From Candidatus Pacebacteria bacterium CG_4_9_14_0_2_um_filter_40_15 (lineage in GTDB: Bacteria > Patescibacteriota > Microgenomatia > UBA1400 > PJMF01), in assembly GCA_002788675.1 (NCBI GenBank), contig PFRS01000001.1, positions 170,308 to 234,307 of the forward strand: a stretch of 64,000 nucleotides of DNA, given 5' to 3'. A program made the position numbers and the translations under genes. The notes below the pieces were generated by a model, which ran no database searches, was not told where the DNA came from, and worked only from the letters and a program-made list of their open reading frames with translations. This document shows positions 19,656 through 29,459 of this stretch, piece by piece. Positions within the stretch are counted from its first letter, which is position 1. Each line of letters begins with the position of its first letter.

Positions 19656-20357
19656 TTACAACTGTATCAATTGTTTTAGTTCTTCAAATACTGATTCTGA
19701 CAAGACTTCCTTTTCTACCAGTTCTTCTATTCGAGCATACGGTCTGTTAGCAACTATAGCCTCTGCACGCTTTGCACCGACTCCGGGCAGTGTATCAAGC
19801 TGCTCAACTGAACCAAAATTAATTGACACCACAGTTCCCTCCTCACCTGCATTTTGTGCTGTCTTTTCTGTTGCTGCAGACTGATGAGCTGTGTGTAGCA
19901 AAGTGGTGAGTTCGCTACACACATCCAAAACATCCTGATCTTCAAGAAATGGAATGTACACGCCTTCAGCATCATTAAGTCGATGCGCTAAATTGAGAGT
20001 TGTCTGGACAAAAATGCTGTCAGCATTACTCGCAAAACCACCTGCTGTGGTAACCAAGTCACCTACCCGGCTTCCGTTAGCAAGTTGATACATACCAGGA
20101 TTTGATACTGCTCCTGATATTGCAACCGTCACGTTCCGAGACTCCTCTGGAGGAGTTACTTTCTCATCTTGAGAATCAGCTTGAGGACAAGCAATAACGT
20201 CTGGTTCAAGGACTTCATACGCTTGAGTAGCACCAACAAATACCCAAGAGCCAAACCCCACACTACAAATGCCAAGTAAAAAGCAAAATGAAAGTATCAC
20301 CCTCATGAGGGTTTGTTTTGATAGACGTAACAATAAAAACTTAAGATCAGGAAACAT
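19656..20357 (-). CDS. comEA: ComEA DNA receptor (TM + SLBB + helix-hairpin-helix)
   Basis: VAISGAVSNPGMY.L..GSRV.D...AGG (SLBB); IN....QLDTLPGVGAKRAEAIV (HhH). Confidence 0.9.
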   Translation of the reverse strand: MFPDLKFLLLRLSKQTLMRVILSFCFLLGICSVGFGSWVFVGATQAYEVLEPDVIACPQADSQDEKVTPPEESRNVTVAISGAVSNPGMYQLANGSRVGDLVTTAGGFASNADSIFVQTTLNLAHRLNDAEGVYIPFLEDQDVLDVCSELTTLLHTAHQSAATEKTAQNAGEEGTVVSINFGSVEQLDTLPGVGAKRAEAIVANRPYARIEELVEKEVLSESVFEELKQLIQL

Positions 20358-20443
20358 AGATCAAGATTAGACCATAATTCTGACATGTTCTGTAGAAAAG
20401 TGGAGCACTGCATCCTGGAGCAACGTCCTCCAGTTAAGTAAGA

Positions 20444-23400
20444 CTAATTTGATTGGGCACTCGAGGTACTGACGAGATCAGTCTGAAGGTCTACTTGTGC
20501 AGATACTGTAGCAGTTGACTGAGGTTCAGGCGAGACGACTGGAGTCTCAGTAGTAGGTGCAGGACTTGGTGTTGAAGTTGAAGTTGGTGTTGGTGTTGCA
20601 ACAGGTGCAGGAGTTAAGCCAGAAGCTCCAGCTGAATCCAAAACTTGCACAGGACTTGCTGGAGCGTTGTCGCTTAGCACGGCAAACCATTGCATTGTTC
20701 GATCACTTTCGTTAGAAGTTTTAAATTTCACTACAAAACCGATATTTGTAACAGATTCAACTGAATACTCACCAGAAAACACTTCTGTTCCAGATAAGAA
20801 CACCGTAGGAACCTCAGAAAACGGCTTTTTAAAGTTCACTTGTATTCTTGTCGCACCAGCAGGAACCACAAATGTGCCCAGTGTTTCACCTTCAAAGCGA
20901 ACAGCGTCTTTAAAGACAACTTGTCGCATAAAAGCAACAGAATCTGCAAACTCAGCTTTGGCTGAAAAGACCACGTTGGTTAAAAACTTCCACATACCAT
21001 CGCTGAGCGATAGATACTGTGCCCAATTCGCAAATTCAGCAGATTGAGTACTTTCTGTTGTTTGACCCAACACCACGCCTGTTGCAGTTACGACTGCTCC
21101 ATTAGCATCAATTTTAAGCGCCAAAGCATCGATTTGCTGTTGCTGTTCCTGCATAGCACTAACCAAAAGCGTTGGTAATCGAGAGTAGTTAATTCCCATG
21201 TACCCATCAACCTGGTTAGTGAAGGTAATCTCAGGGAAAATCTTTGCAACATCCTGGGCAATCAGACCGATGTCACTACTGCCGCCGTCTTTCCAGTTGA
21301 AGGTGTAGGTCTGCAACTGCATAACTTTGCTCAGTACCTCTGCTCCACTCAAATCAACCAAGTTTTCTTTAAGCCGTATGTCAGAACTTGAGGTGGTTAG
21401 GGTTCCATCTGCAGTCAAGTTAAGATCGGCACTGTAGGTACCAGAACCAACGGCGCTGAAGCGGGCATTGCCGACGACATCCAGCTTTATGCCTGGAACT
21501 GTTGAGCCAATTCCCACATTCTCTGTGCTAGAATCTACAAATAAGACACCATCATTAGTGTCACCATCCCAAGAGAAGTCCATATCCGTTTGGTTTGCCC
21601 AGTTTCCACTAAAGATAGCTGCTTCAACTTGGATACTTGGTGTACCACCTGCCTGCAAACGCAGTTTATTGTTTCCAAAGTCCATCTTGGTATCTGTGTC
21701 ACCATTGTGATATACCTCACCCCCCGGATAAACTCCAACTCCAATGTTGCCTGAAACATCTAATTTTGTAGCTGGAGATGAGGTGCCAATTCCCATGTTT
21801 CCACCAACTGACAAATCATAGTTAAAGCGGCTCGTACCAAAACTAGTACTTACCGAAAACACTGAATTACAACAATCCCTAAAAAGAGCTATGTCACCGT
21901 TGGTTCCACCAGCATTAAACTGCAACCAACCACTGCCAATACCATATCCAACAGTTTGAATTGAAGTAGATTGGTTTTCGGCGTTGTAGAGAGATAACAC
22001 CCCACTATTCGAAACCTTCATACGCGTTGCACCGCTGGCACTAGCAACAATAATATCTTGATCTCCAGTTTCATTAAAGATACTCAAGGCTTTGCCTGTT
22101 ACAGCCCCTTGCACATCAAGTTTGCTGACAGGACTATCTGTGCCAATTCCAATAGTTTCGGCTGAAGCATCAATTGTGAATACATTATAGTTTGTATCGC
22201 CGTTCCAGATAAAGTCGAGATTAGCCCTATTTAGATTACCTGTTAAGTAGTCATTTGTTCCTTCTGAAAGTGTCAAAAAACGAAGTCCTCCAGCCTGGAA
22301 CTCAAGTTGATCTGTTGAGGCGACAATCTTGGTATCAATGTCCCCTCGACTGATTATTGAACCATTAAAACCAATATCCCCTGCCACATCGAGCATATAT
22401 CCTGGAATGGTCGTACCAATTCCCAAATTACCAACTGTATCTAGAGCCATAAAGTATGGTGCACCCGTTCCAAACAATAGCGCATTACTCTCGTAGGTTT
22501 GTTGTGTCAAAATCTTCCAAGTTGCTCCCGCTAAACCACTCTTCAAGAAATATCCTGCCGAGTAGCCTGAATCTGAAGTATACGCACGGATGAGTGAATC
22601 TTTACCAGCACCTGCCTCAACATCGAGTCTAACTGTTGGTGCATTAGTTCCAATACCAATCATTCCTGCGCTATCATCTATAAAGAATGAATTCGCAAAA
22701 TTAGCTGTTGCAATCTCAAAATCAGGATCTGTTCCAACAGTAGCAATATCTATTTTCCCGTCTGATCTTGAAATAAACCTGGTGTAATTGCTGGCGTCAT
22801 ACCCTACTCGTAATTGTTCTGCAGTATTTAAGATATGAACAACTGCATTTGGATTGGTGCCAAATCCGACATAATGAGAACTTGGATTTATTTCCATGAT
22901 CCTATTAGCAGCTGCAGCATTATTTGTGGCACCAATAATGAAGTTACCATTACTGTACTGCGTACCAGCCCCCATACCCATGTGAACACTTACTTCTGAA
23001 GCATTAGTTTTTGTAAAAACAAGCTGATCCTCTGTGTTCGAATAAAGATGAACTATGCTGGCAGGAGCAGTTGTACCAACACCTAAATTCCCACTCACAT
23101 TCAATGCAGCGTTGCTGCCCGTTGTTGAAACTTGCCATCCACCACCGCTCATACGCTCTAGAGTGGTGTCATATGTTGCCGATCCTCCTCCAACATTCCA
23201 GGTTCCAGAACCGGTCATTGCAAAACGACGATACCCTTCTGTGCTAATTCCTCCAGAAAATAACGAGTTTACACTATTATCGGTGATCAAGTTAAGGAAA
23301 GATCTACCATCTGAAAGCTTAATAAATCCATTATCAAATCCACCAGAAATCTCGGTAGCACCCACATTCCAGTCATTTATCTTCAATACAGTGTTGAAGG

Positions 23401-26400
23401 TATTTGGCGCTGCAGAACTTGAAAAATCAAGGAAACCATTTGCATCAATTTTTGTTATCGCAGTTCCTGAGCTATTTTGCCATTCGGTTAAATTCCCTGG
23501 AGTTGTAGCATTTGCTTGGAAAATTGAAGTTACTCCAGAGGCTGATCCTTTAACGTGTACTTTACTCACAGGAGAAGTAGTTCCAATTCCCACATTTCCT
23601 AAAGGACTTAATAACACATGTCCATCTGCATTTAGAGCAATATTTCCACCGTTATGAGCATAAATATCATAGTTATAGAATGTATGTCTTGCACTTGGTG
23701 TTATACAATTTCTGTTACTACAACCATACTGATCCCAAGTAATATTGCCACTTCTGTCTAGATTAAAGACTGTTGAACCTGAGGCACTGGCGCTAATGAT
23801 ATTTTGATTGCCTGTTTCATTGAGGATGACGAGGGCTTTGCCGGTGGCGTCGCCGTTTACGTTGAAAATGCCGATTGGAGAGGTGGTGCCGATGCCGACA
23901 TTGCCAGAATTATCTACTCTCATTATTTCTACGCCTTGGATTTTAAAAAGATTTGAGGAGCCCGCATACGTTGCGTCTAAGTTGGTATTTCCATTTATAG
24001 TATCGTAGTAGACAAAAAAGTCAGTGTTGCTTCTAAATAAACCACTTTTTGGAGCAGCTGTTTTTACTGAAATATAATTGCTACCAGCTACCTGATAACT
24101 TCTAATTTCTCCACTGCCTGAAGTGTAGCCAGAATCAATCACACCATCAACTGAAAGCTTGTTTTGAGGACTCGTTGTTCCGATGCCTAGGTTTCCATTT
24201 CTATCAATTCTCATAGCTTCAGAAAGAGCGGTCCCATTTGTCGTTGAAAATGCTAATGCAGATCCGTAACCTGCATACTTTATGCCATAAGCCTTTACAT
24301 TTACAACGGAAGTCCCATTTACAGCACCCTCATGAACCCCATCAAAACCAAGACCCGCATTAAAATTATATGCTGCCGTATTTATGAATAGTGACCCACC
24401 AGCACTTCCGTTTCCAGTTCCGCTTCCTATATTAACTAACCCAAATGATGGAGTATTTCCATTCCAGGTAATTCCTGTTGTCCCTGTAACGTTTAGTTTG
24501 CCTAACGGCGCTCTCGTGCCGATGCCTACGTTGCCATCATTCTGAATCACAAACCTAGTTGTCCCAGAAGCGCTTGCAGTAAATATACTTTGATTTCCTG
24601 TTTCATTCAGAATTGCTAAAGCCTTGCCTGTGGATGCTCCTTCAACATTGAGTTTTCCGATTGGGGTGGTGGTGCCTATACCGATATTGCCAAAATCACT
24701 AATTCTCACCCTCTCAACCCCCCCAACAGAAAATCCTAAGCTATCTGCTGTCCCCGCAGTTGGTTGAAAAATACCATTATCAACACCAGCACTCCCAAAA
24801 TTATATGCAGGTGTACCTGCAGTACCATAAGTATTATTAGTAAAACCTGATGCACTAAATCTTGAGTTAATATTTCCACCTGCACCATTAACACCCAGGA
24901 TAACTGTGCCACCACTGCCTCCTCTTAGTTCAATATTGCCTCCATCTATTCTGAGACCAGACGCACTGACAGAACCAAATATATTTGGAGCAGCACTATC
25001 AAGCACTTTAACATTTCCGTTCACATCAAGTTTTTGGGCTGGGGTTGTCGTGCCGATGCCTACATTTCCAGAACTATTTTGAAAATAAACATCACCCGAA
25101 TTAAAATTAATGTTACCTGATGCATCGAGTTGTTGTCTCACTGATGAACCTGAAAATAATTGTAGTTCATTAGACGCAATTAATTTAATAGGATATCCAC
25201 TTCCAGATATCGTTACCAATAAACTCCCTTGTCCAGATCTTTCGAATAATGCACCTGTTTCCATTCCCGTCATATGTAATTTATAACTTGGAGCTGTCGT
25301 CCCCACCCCCACATTCCCCATAAAATAAGAATTCCCTGTTCCATTTACCTGTAAGTTACTTCCCAAAGTAGTAAGTCCAGTTACTCCAAGTGTAGAAGAA
25401 AGTGTTGTAGCTCCAGATACTTCTAAGGTGTTATTTAAGTTAGAAGCACCAGTTACTCCAAGATTTCCTGATAGTGTTGTATTTCCAGTCACTCCAAGGG
25501 TTGTACTGGCTGTTAGTGCTCCTCCAACGTTGGTAGCTCCATTCAAATAAGTGGTCCCAACCACATGTAATTTACTAGTTGGAACAGTAGTTCCCAATCC
25601 AACATTAGTTCCATTGTCATATAAAACAGAATCAGTAATAGCAAAGGTACTAGAGAATTTAGTTAAATAATTAGTTGTGCCACTTCCACCCATAGAAGCA
25701 GATGTTCCACTACAGTTTCCTGTAGCTAAACAAACAATTCCAGAAGCATCTGGAAAGGTCCAGGTTCTACCTGCTGTTAGGTCTTGGGAGGTTATTGTTC
25801 CCGTAAATTGCCCTGCTCCCTGAGCAACGGGCGAAATTGAGATGGGGTCGGTGTTAACTGGTGAAACAGTAAATACTCCACTACTTGTTTGACTTCCTAA
25901 AGTTACATTTCCAGAGGAATCAATCTTAAAAAAGGTATTGCTTCCATCCGTGCTTTCTACTCTAAAAACATCTGCTGTCCCACTGGAAGCTTGCTTAACT
26001 ACCAGTCCAGTGGCTCCAATATTTGTTGGAGTGATTGTTTGCGTGCTGCCAGGGTTGTTTACCAAGCAAGTAGGACACACGTCTCCTCCACCACTTACCG
26101 TTCCCCAAGCTAGCGAGCCACTCGAAACAGTGAGCACTTCACCATCTCCGCCCAGTCCCAAAGCTGCCAAAGTATTGGCACCACTTGCATACAAAATGTC
26201 GCCAGTGTTGTAGGAGGCCAGACCCGTGCCACCGTTGGTGGTTGGTAATGTGCCAGTAAGATAACTTGCACCACTGGCCAAATTAAGAGGGCTGGAACTT
26301 ACTACCCCACCCAAACTACTCTGCATTATGCCTGTTGAAAGCCCTGAAAAAGTTATCGTTCCTGATGAAGTCAGTCCAGTTGCCCCAGTAATTGCACCTG

Positions 26401-27238
26401 CATTGAGAATGCCTCCTCCAGAGTTGTTAAATCCACTGAGAACAGTAGTGGTGCCAAGCACCGACAAATTGCCAGAGATTGTGGTATTTCCAGACACATA
26501 CAGCTTGCTGGTGGGATCGGTAGTACCAATTCCTACGTTGTCTGTTGCGGTTCCTAGCACAACTGATGCCCCATTTTTTGTCCAGCCAGATACATTGAGT
26601 GCTACGGCATCGGCAGCAACGGTAATGGTTTTCCCCGAGTTTGTGAGTGAAACTCCCGTGCCTGCCTCCCAGGTGAGCGTGTCATCGTTACTTTCTGCCG
26701 AAAGTGTAGTGGAACCAATCTTAAAATTTTTAAAAATATTCTGAGCAGATCCCAAATCGGTGTTTTGCAATACCAGTCGTTGATCGCCAGTTATGGTTAA
26801 TCCATCTTGGGCTTCGATCGAGTACACCACATTTGTAGCCTCGATTTCTCCGCCTTGTACTACTAAATCTCCTGCCACAGTTACATTGCCATCGATGTTG
26901 GCATCGCCTTGCACTTCGAGTGCCCCAAGTACCAACGCTTCAGCCAATGAAACAGTGTCCGAAAAAACTGTTTTAATTCTAAAAACTAAGCTGTCTGCTT
27001 CTTCTGGTGAAACAACTCCTTTTACCTGGCCCCGGCTCTGATCATCAGAAGTGCTGCCAAGTACGGTAGGTTTTTCAGGCGATACCTGGCCAGTTTTGGA
27101 CATCGGTCGAGTAGTTTCATAGCGACGGAGCACACCAAAACCAAAAGTGTACACACAACTAGTGGTCAAAACAAACAACCCCACAACAAAAAGTAGGGCC
27201 ACCGCTCTTTTCCTGAGGTGTGTGACCAATTCACGCAT
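20444..27238 (-). CDS. Giant tail-fibre-like surface protein (~2,260 aa) with peptidase S74 intramolecular chaperone
   Basis: N-terminal hydrophobic anchor, many GNVGIGTTxP repeats, SSDIRLKEN...IGLIAQDV...INYSRL...AMQEQQQQI (S74 + coiled coil), P/T-rich tail; likely start ATG 27238. Confidence 0.88.
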   Translation of the reverse strand: MRELVTHLRKRAVALLFVVGLFVLTTSCVYTFGFGVLRRYETTRPMSKTGQVSPEKPTVLGSTSDDQSRGQVKGVVSPEEADSLVFRIKTVFSDTVSLAEALVLGALEVQGDANIDGNVTVAGDLVVQGGEIEATNVVYSIEAQDGLTITGDQRLVLQNTDLGSAQNIFKNFKIGSTTLSAESNDDTLTWEAGTGVSLTNSGKTITVAADAVALNVSGWTKNGASVVLGTATDNVGIGTTDPTSKLYVSGNTTISGNLSVLGTTTVLSGFNNSGGGILNAGAITGATGLTSSGTITFSGLSTGIMQSSLGGVVSSSPLNLASGASYLTGTLPTTNGGTGLASYNTGDILYASGANTLAALGLGGDGEVLTVSSGSLAWGTVSGGGDVCPTCLVNNPGSTQTITPTNIGATGLVVKQASSGTADVFRVESTDGSNTFFKIDSSGNVTLGSQTSSGVFTVSPVNTDPISISPVAQGAGQFTGTITSQDLTAGRTWTFPDASGIVCLATGNCSGTSASMGGSGTTNYLTKFSSTFAITDSVLYDNGTNVGLGTTVPTSKLHVVGTTYLNGATNVGGALTASTTLGVTGNTTLSGNLGVTGASNLNNTLEVSGATTLSSTLGVTGLTTLGSNLQVNGTGNSYFMGNVGVGTTAPSYKLHMTGMETGALFERSGQGSLLVTISGSGYPIKLIASNELQLFSGSSVRQQLDASGNINFNSGDVYFQNSSGNVGIGTTTPAQKLDVNGNVKVLDSAAPNIFGSVSASGLRIDGGNIELRGGSGGTVILGVNGAGGNINSRFSASGFTNNTYGTAGTPAYNFGSAGVDNGIFQPTAGTADSLGFSVGGVERVRISDFGNIGIGTTTPIGKLNVEGASTGKALAILNETGNQSIFTASASGTTRFVIQNDGNVGIGTRAPLGKLNVTGTTGITWNGNTPSFGLVNIGSGTGNGSAGGSLFINTAAYNFNAGLGFDGVHEGAVNGTSVVNVKAYGIKYAGYGSALAFSTTNGTALSEAMRIDRNGNLGIGTTSPQNKLSVDGVIDSGYTSGSGEIRSYQVAGSNYISVKTAAPKSGLFRSNTDFFVYYDTINGNTNLDATYAGSSNLFKIQGVEIMRVDNSGNVGIGTTSPIGIFNVNGDATGKALVILNETGNQNIISASASGSTVFNLDRSGNITWDQYGCSNRNCITPSARHTFYNYDIYAHNGGNIALNADGHVLLSPLGNVGIGTTSPVSKVHVKGSASGVTSIFQANATTPGNLTEWQNSSGTAITKIDANGFLDFSSSAAPNTFNTVLKINDWNVGATEISGGFDNGFIKLSDGRSFLNLITDNSVNSLFSGGISTEGYRRFAMTGSGTWNVGGGSATYDTTLERMSGGGWQVSTTGSNAALNVSGNLGVGTTAPASIVHLYSNTEDQLVFTKTNASEVSVHMGMGAGTQYSNGNFIIGATNNAAAANRIMEINPSSHYVGFGTNPNAVVHILNTAEQLRVGYDASNYTRFISRSDGKIDIATVGTDPDFEIATANFANSFFIDDSAGMIGIGTNAPTVRLDVEAGAGKDSLIRAYTSDSGYSAGYFLKSGLAGATWKILTQQTYESNALLFGTGAPYFMALDTVGNLGIGTTIPGYMLDVAGDIGFNGSIISRGDIDTKIVASTDQLEFQAGGLRFLTLSEGTNDYLTGNLNRANLDFIWNGDTNYNVFTIDASAETIGIGTDSPVSKLDVQGAVTGKALSIFNETGDQDIIVASASGATRMKVSNSGVLSLYNAENQSTSIQTVGYGIGSGWLQFNAGGTNGDIALFRDCCNSVFSVSTSFGTSRFNYDLSVGGNMGIGTSSPATKLDVSGNIGVGVYPGGEVYHNGDTDTKMDFGNNKLRLQAGGTPSIQVEAAIFSGNWANQTDMDFSWDGDTNDGVLFVDSSTENVGIGSTVPGIKLDVVGNARFSAVGSGTYSADLNLTADGTLTTSSSDIRLKENLVDLSGAEVLSKVMQLQTYTFNWKDGGSSDIGLIAQDVAKIFPEITFTNQVDGYMGINYSRLPTLLVSAMQEQQQQIDALALKIDANGAVVTATGVVLGQTTESTQSAEFANWAQYLSLSDGMWKFLTNVVFSAKAEFADSVAFMRQVVFKDAVRFEGETLGTFVVPAGATRIQVNFKKPFSEVPTVFLSGTEVFSGEYSVESVTNIGFVVKFKTSNESDRTMQWFAVLSDNAPASPVQVLDSAGASGLTPAPVATPTPTSTSTPSPAPTTETPVVSPEPQSTATVSAQVDLQTDLVSTSSAQSN

Positions 27239-27550
27239 ATATAGTATATGGTACTGTTTTTTCGAGGAAATATGCAGACGAAGATCGACCGAATAAAGAG
27301 GATCAAATATACTCAAAAAAATAACAAATATGTATAAGAAGTATCATTGACAAATCAAGTTATTTTTTTAACTCAATTTCGTCTAGAATGGAATAAGTCT
27401 TACACTTTGAGATTGGTTTTGCGTGCTTAAACCACATTTATGCAAAAAAAACAAAACTGAGTACAAAGTGTACGAACGATTAAAAGAAGCTCCAATAAAA
27501 AAGACTAAATACTCTCTTTTTTAAGATAGCGATGGAGTAAAAAAGTAAAT

Positions 27551-28369
27551 ATGAAATTGAGTACATTTATTCGGAAACCAGCACTCACAGCCCTTGTACT
27601 TGGTAGTATCGCAGCCGTAGCATTTCCCTCACAACTCTTTGCTCAAGAAAAACTCGATACACCTCTGGGCATTGCCTACCAATTAAAGGTCGTCAGTGCC
27701 ATTGACGTCTTCAATGGCATGATCGTTTCAATTGGTGACAGTGCATATACCGAAAGTAACGGTACCTACGACCGCAATATGTATGGCGTTATCGACTTAT
27801 CACCGAGTATAGAGTTCACTTTTGGTAATACTGAAGATACTCTGCCTGTTATTGCTGATGGCACAGCCTACGTGGCAGTTTCAGGAGAAAATGGACCAAT
27901 TAACGAAGGTGACCTCATTACCAGCTCCTCAAAACCAGGAGTAGGTATGAAGGCAACAAAATCTGGCTTTACGTTAGGCGTTGCCGAAGAAAGCTACGCA
28001 GGAAGCACAGCGGAAGAACAAGGCTTAGTGGCAATTCGCATCAATAAACAGTTCACTTTTGGTGATGATTCACCAGATTCTGAAACTATTTCCGATCGTC
28101 TGCGAAACGTAGTAAGTTTAAGTGCAATTGCTGCCTTTGAAGAGCCAACCAAGGTTTTTAAGTATGTTGTGGCCGGAATCATTCTCACAATTGCAGTACT
28201 TGTCAGTTTTATTAGCCTGGGGCGCACGTCGCAAAAAGGAATTGAAGCCATTGGCCGAAACCCGCTGGCTCGCAGTAGCATTATAGCCAGTATTTTTGGT
28301 AATGTAGTGGTAGCCCTGTTTATGTTAGTAGCAGGAGTAGTAGGAGCGTACATCATGGTAACCCTTTAA
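27551..28369 (+). CDS. Signal peptide + extracellular G2-chaperone-like beta domain fused to an ATP-synthase c-subunit-like hairpin lacking the carboxylate
   Basis: First gene of the atp-like operon; C-terminal TM-GIEAIGRNPLA-TM resembles the c-ring loop; N-terminal PV...G...V.V..ENGPI.EGDLITSS..PGVGMKA. Confidence 0.6.
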   Translation: MKLSTFIRKPALTALVLGSIAAVAFPSQLFAQEKLDTPLGIAYQLKVVSAIDVFNGMIVSIGDSAYTESNGTYDRNMYGVIDLSPSIEFTFGNTEDTLPVIADGTAYVAVSGENGPINEGDLITSSSKPGVGMKATKSGFTLGVAEESYAGSTAEEQGLVAIRINKQFTFGDDSPDSETISDRLRNVVSLSAIAAFEEPTKVFKYVVAGIILTIAVLVSFISLGRTSQKGIEAIGRNPLARSSIIASIFGNVVVALFMLVAGVVGAYIMVTL

Positions 28370-28370
28370 T

Positions 28371-28994
28371 ATGCAAGCATTCGACATCAACGTACTCTCT
28401 CTCTGGCTCATTTTTATTCTTGAGCTCATTATTGCTGGGATTGTACTTTCAGCCCACAGTAAAACCAAAAATTTCGAGAGAGACTATAAAAAAGCCATCA
28501 AAGATACACAAAAAGAACTTGAAGACGTGGTTACCGATACCGCCCGCGAAGCAAGTGAATCACTCGACGAAGTAAGCAGTGTTGCGCGAACAGCAGCTCA
28601 ACAAATACACGAACTTTCAGAGCGACTTAAAGAAGAAATCGAGACATCTCTCCTGACAGAAACAAAAGCACAACTCAGCAATCTAGAATCTTCAGCTAAA
28701 GAGCAAATTGCAGAACTTAATCAGGAGCTTATCGGCGCCGTGAGCCACACAAAATCACAAATGAACTCGCTGTTACTTGCACACGTTAAAGAAGCCACCA
28801 AGGAAATCGACACCTATCGCGATGAGCAAAAGTCAGCACTAGCAGAAAAAGCTGCAAACCAGGTGCAACTAGTTGCAAAACAGTACTTAAGTGAAAATCT
28901 TTCAAAAGAACAAGTACACACCCTCTGCTTAGCCCTTATTTCAAAAACATTAGAAGTGCGAAGTACTCCAAGTACCAAAGAGAAATCTGCCTAA
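28371..28994 (+). CDS. atpF: F-type ATPase subunit b-like
   Basis: Single N-terminal TM then long coiled coil; operon position. Confidence 0.6.
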   Translation: MQAFDINVLSLWLIFILELIIAGIVLSAHSKTKNFERDYKKAIKDTQKELEDVVTDTAREASESLDEVSSVARTAAQQIHELSERLKEEIETSLLTETKAQLSNLESSAKEQIAELNQELIGAVSHTKSQMNSLLLAHVKEATKEIDTYRDEQKSALAEKAANQVQLVAKQYLSENLSKEQVHTLCLALISKTLEVRSTPSTKEKSA

Positions 28995-28997
28995 GCT

Positions 28998-29459
28998 ATG
29001 ACTGCCAACCAACTACAAGACTATCTTATTGAGTCAATCCACTCTGCCCACACGCTGTCAGCCCTGAGAACACATATCAGCACGCTGCGCAGCATGCTCT
29101 ATAGAAGTACCAGCAAAAAGCTCGATGCATACTTGCTGAATGAACTTCCTGAAAAGTTCTCCTTTGTAACTAAGCTACTGCGTGAAGCAGCCGACCCCAT
29201 TCAACAAGAAAAATTGCTCGAACTCACAGAAAAAATACTGCTTTCTTTTGAAACGCTCTACCTCACCCTACCCTACTCTCCAACCGAGAGCCAGTTGGGC
29301 AAGTATAAGCAGTTATTTGCTGCCCAAATTTCACAACCGTTCATAATTAAGGTTGAACTCGACCCCGATACTCTTGGCAAAATCACCTGGGAATTTGCAG
29401 GCGCACGCAAAACGGCTTCTGTGTTTGATACTTTGGCAGCAGAAGGAGGCCAGTTATGA
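28998..29459 (+). CDS. atpH: F-type ATPase subunit delta-like (divergent)
   Basis: C-terminal VELDPDTLG...AG...ASV resembles delta 'VDPSLIGG..D.S'; lies between b and alpha. Confidence 0.55.
   Translation: MTANQLQDYLIESIHSAHTLSALRTHISTLRSMLYRSTSKKLDAYLLNELPEKFSFVTKLLREAADPIQQEKLLELTEKILLSFETLYLTLPYSPTESQLGKYKQLFAAQISQPFIIKVELDPDTLGKITWEFAGARKTASVFDTLAAEGGQL

Noticed and set aside
20444-27238. Prophage tail gene
   Set aside because: It has an N-terminal membrane anchor and purely cellular neighbours, which fits a cellular adhesin better.
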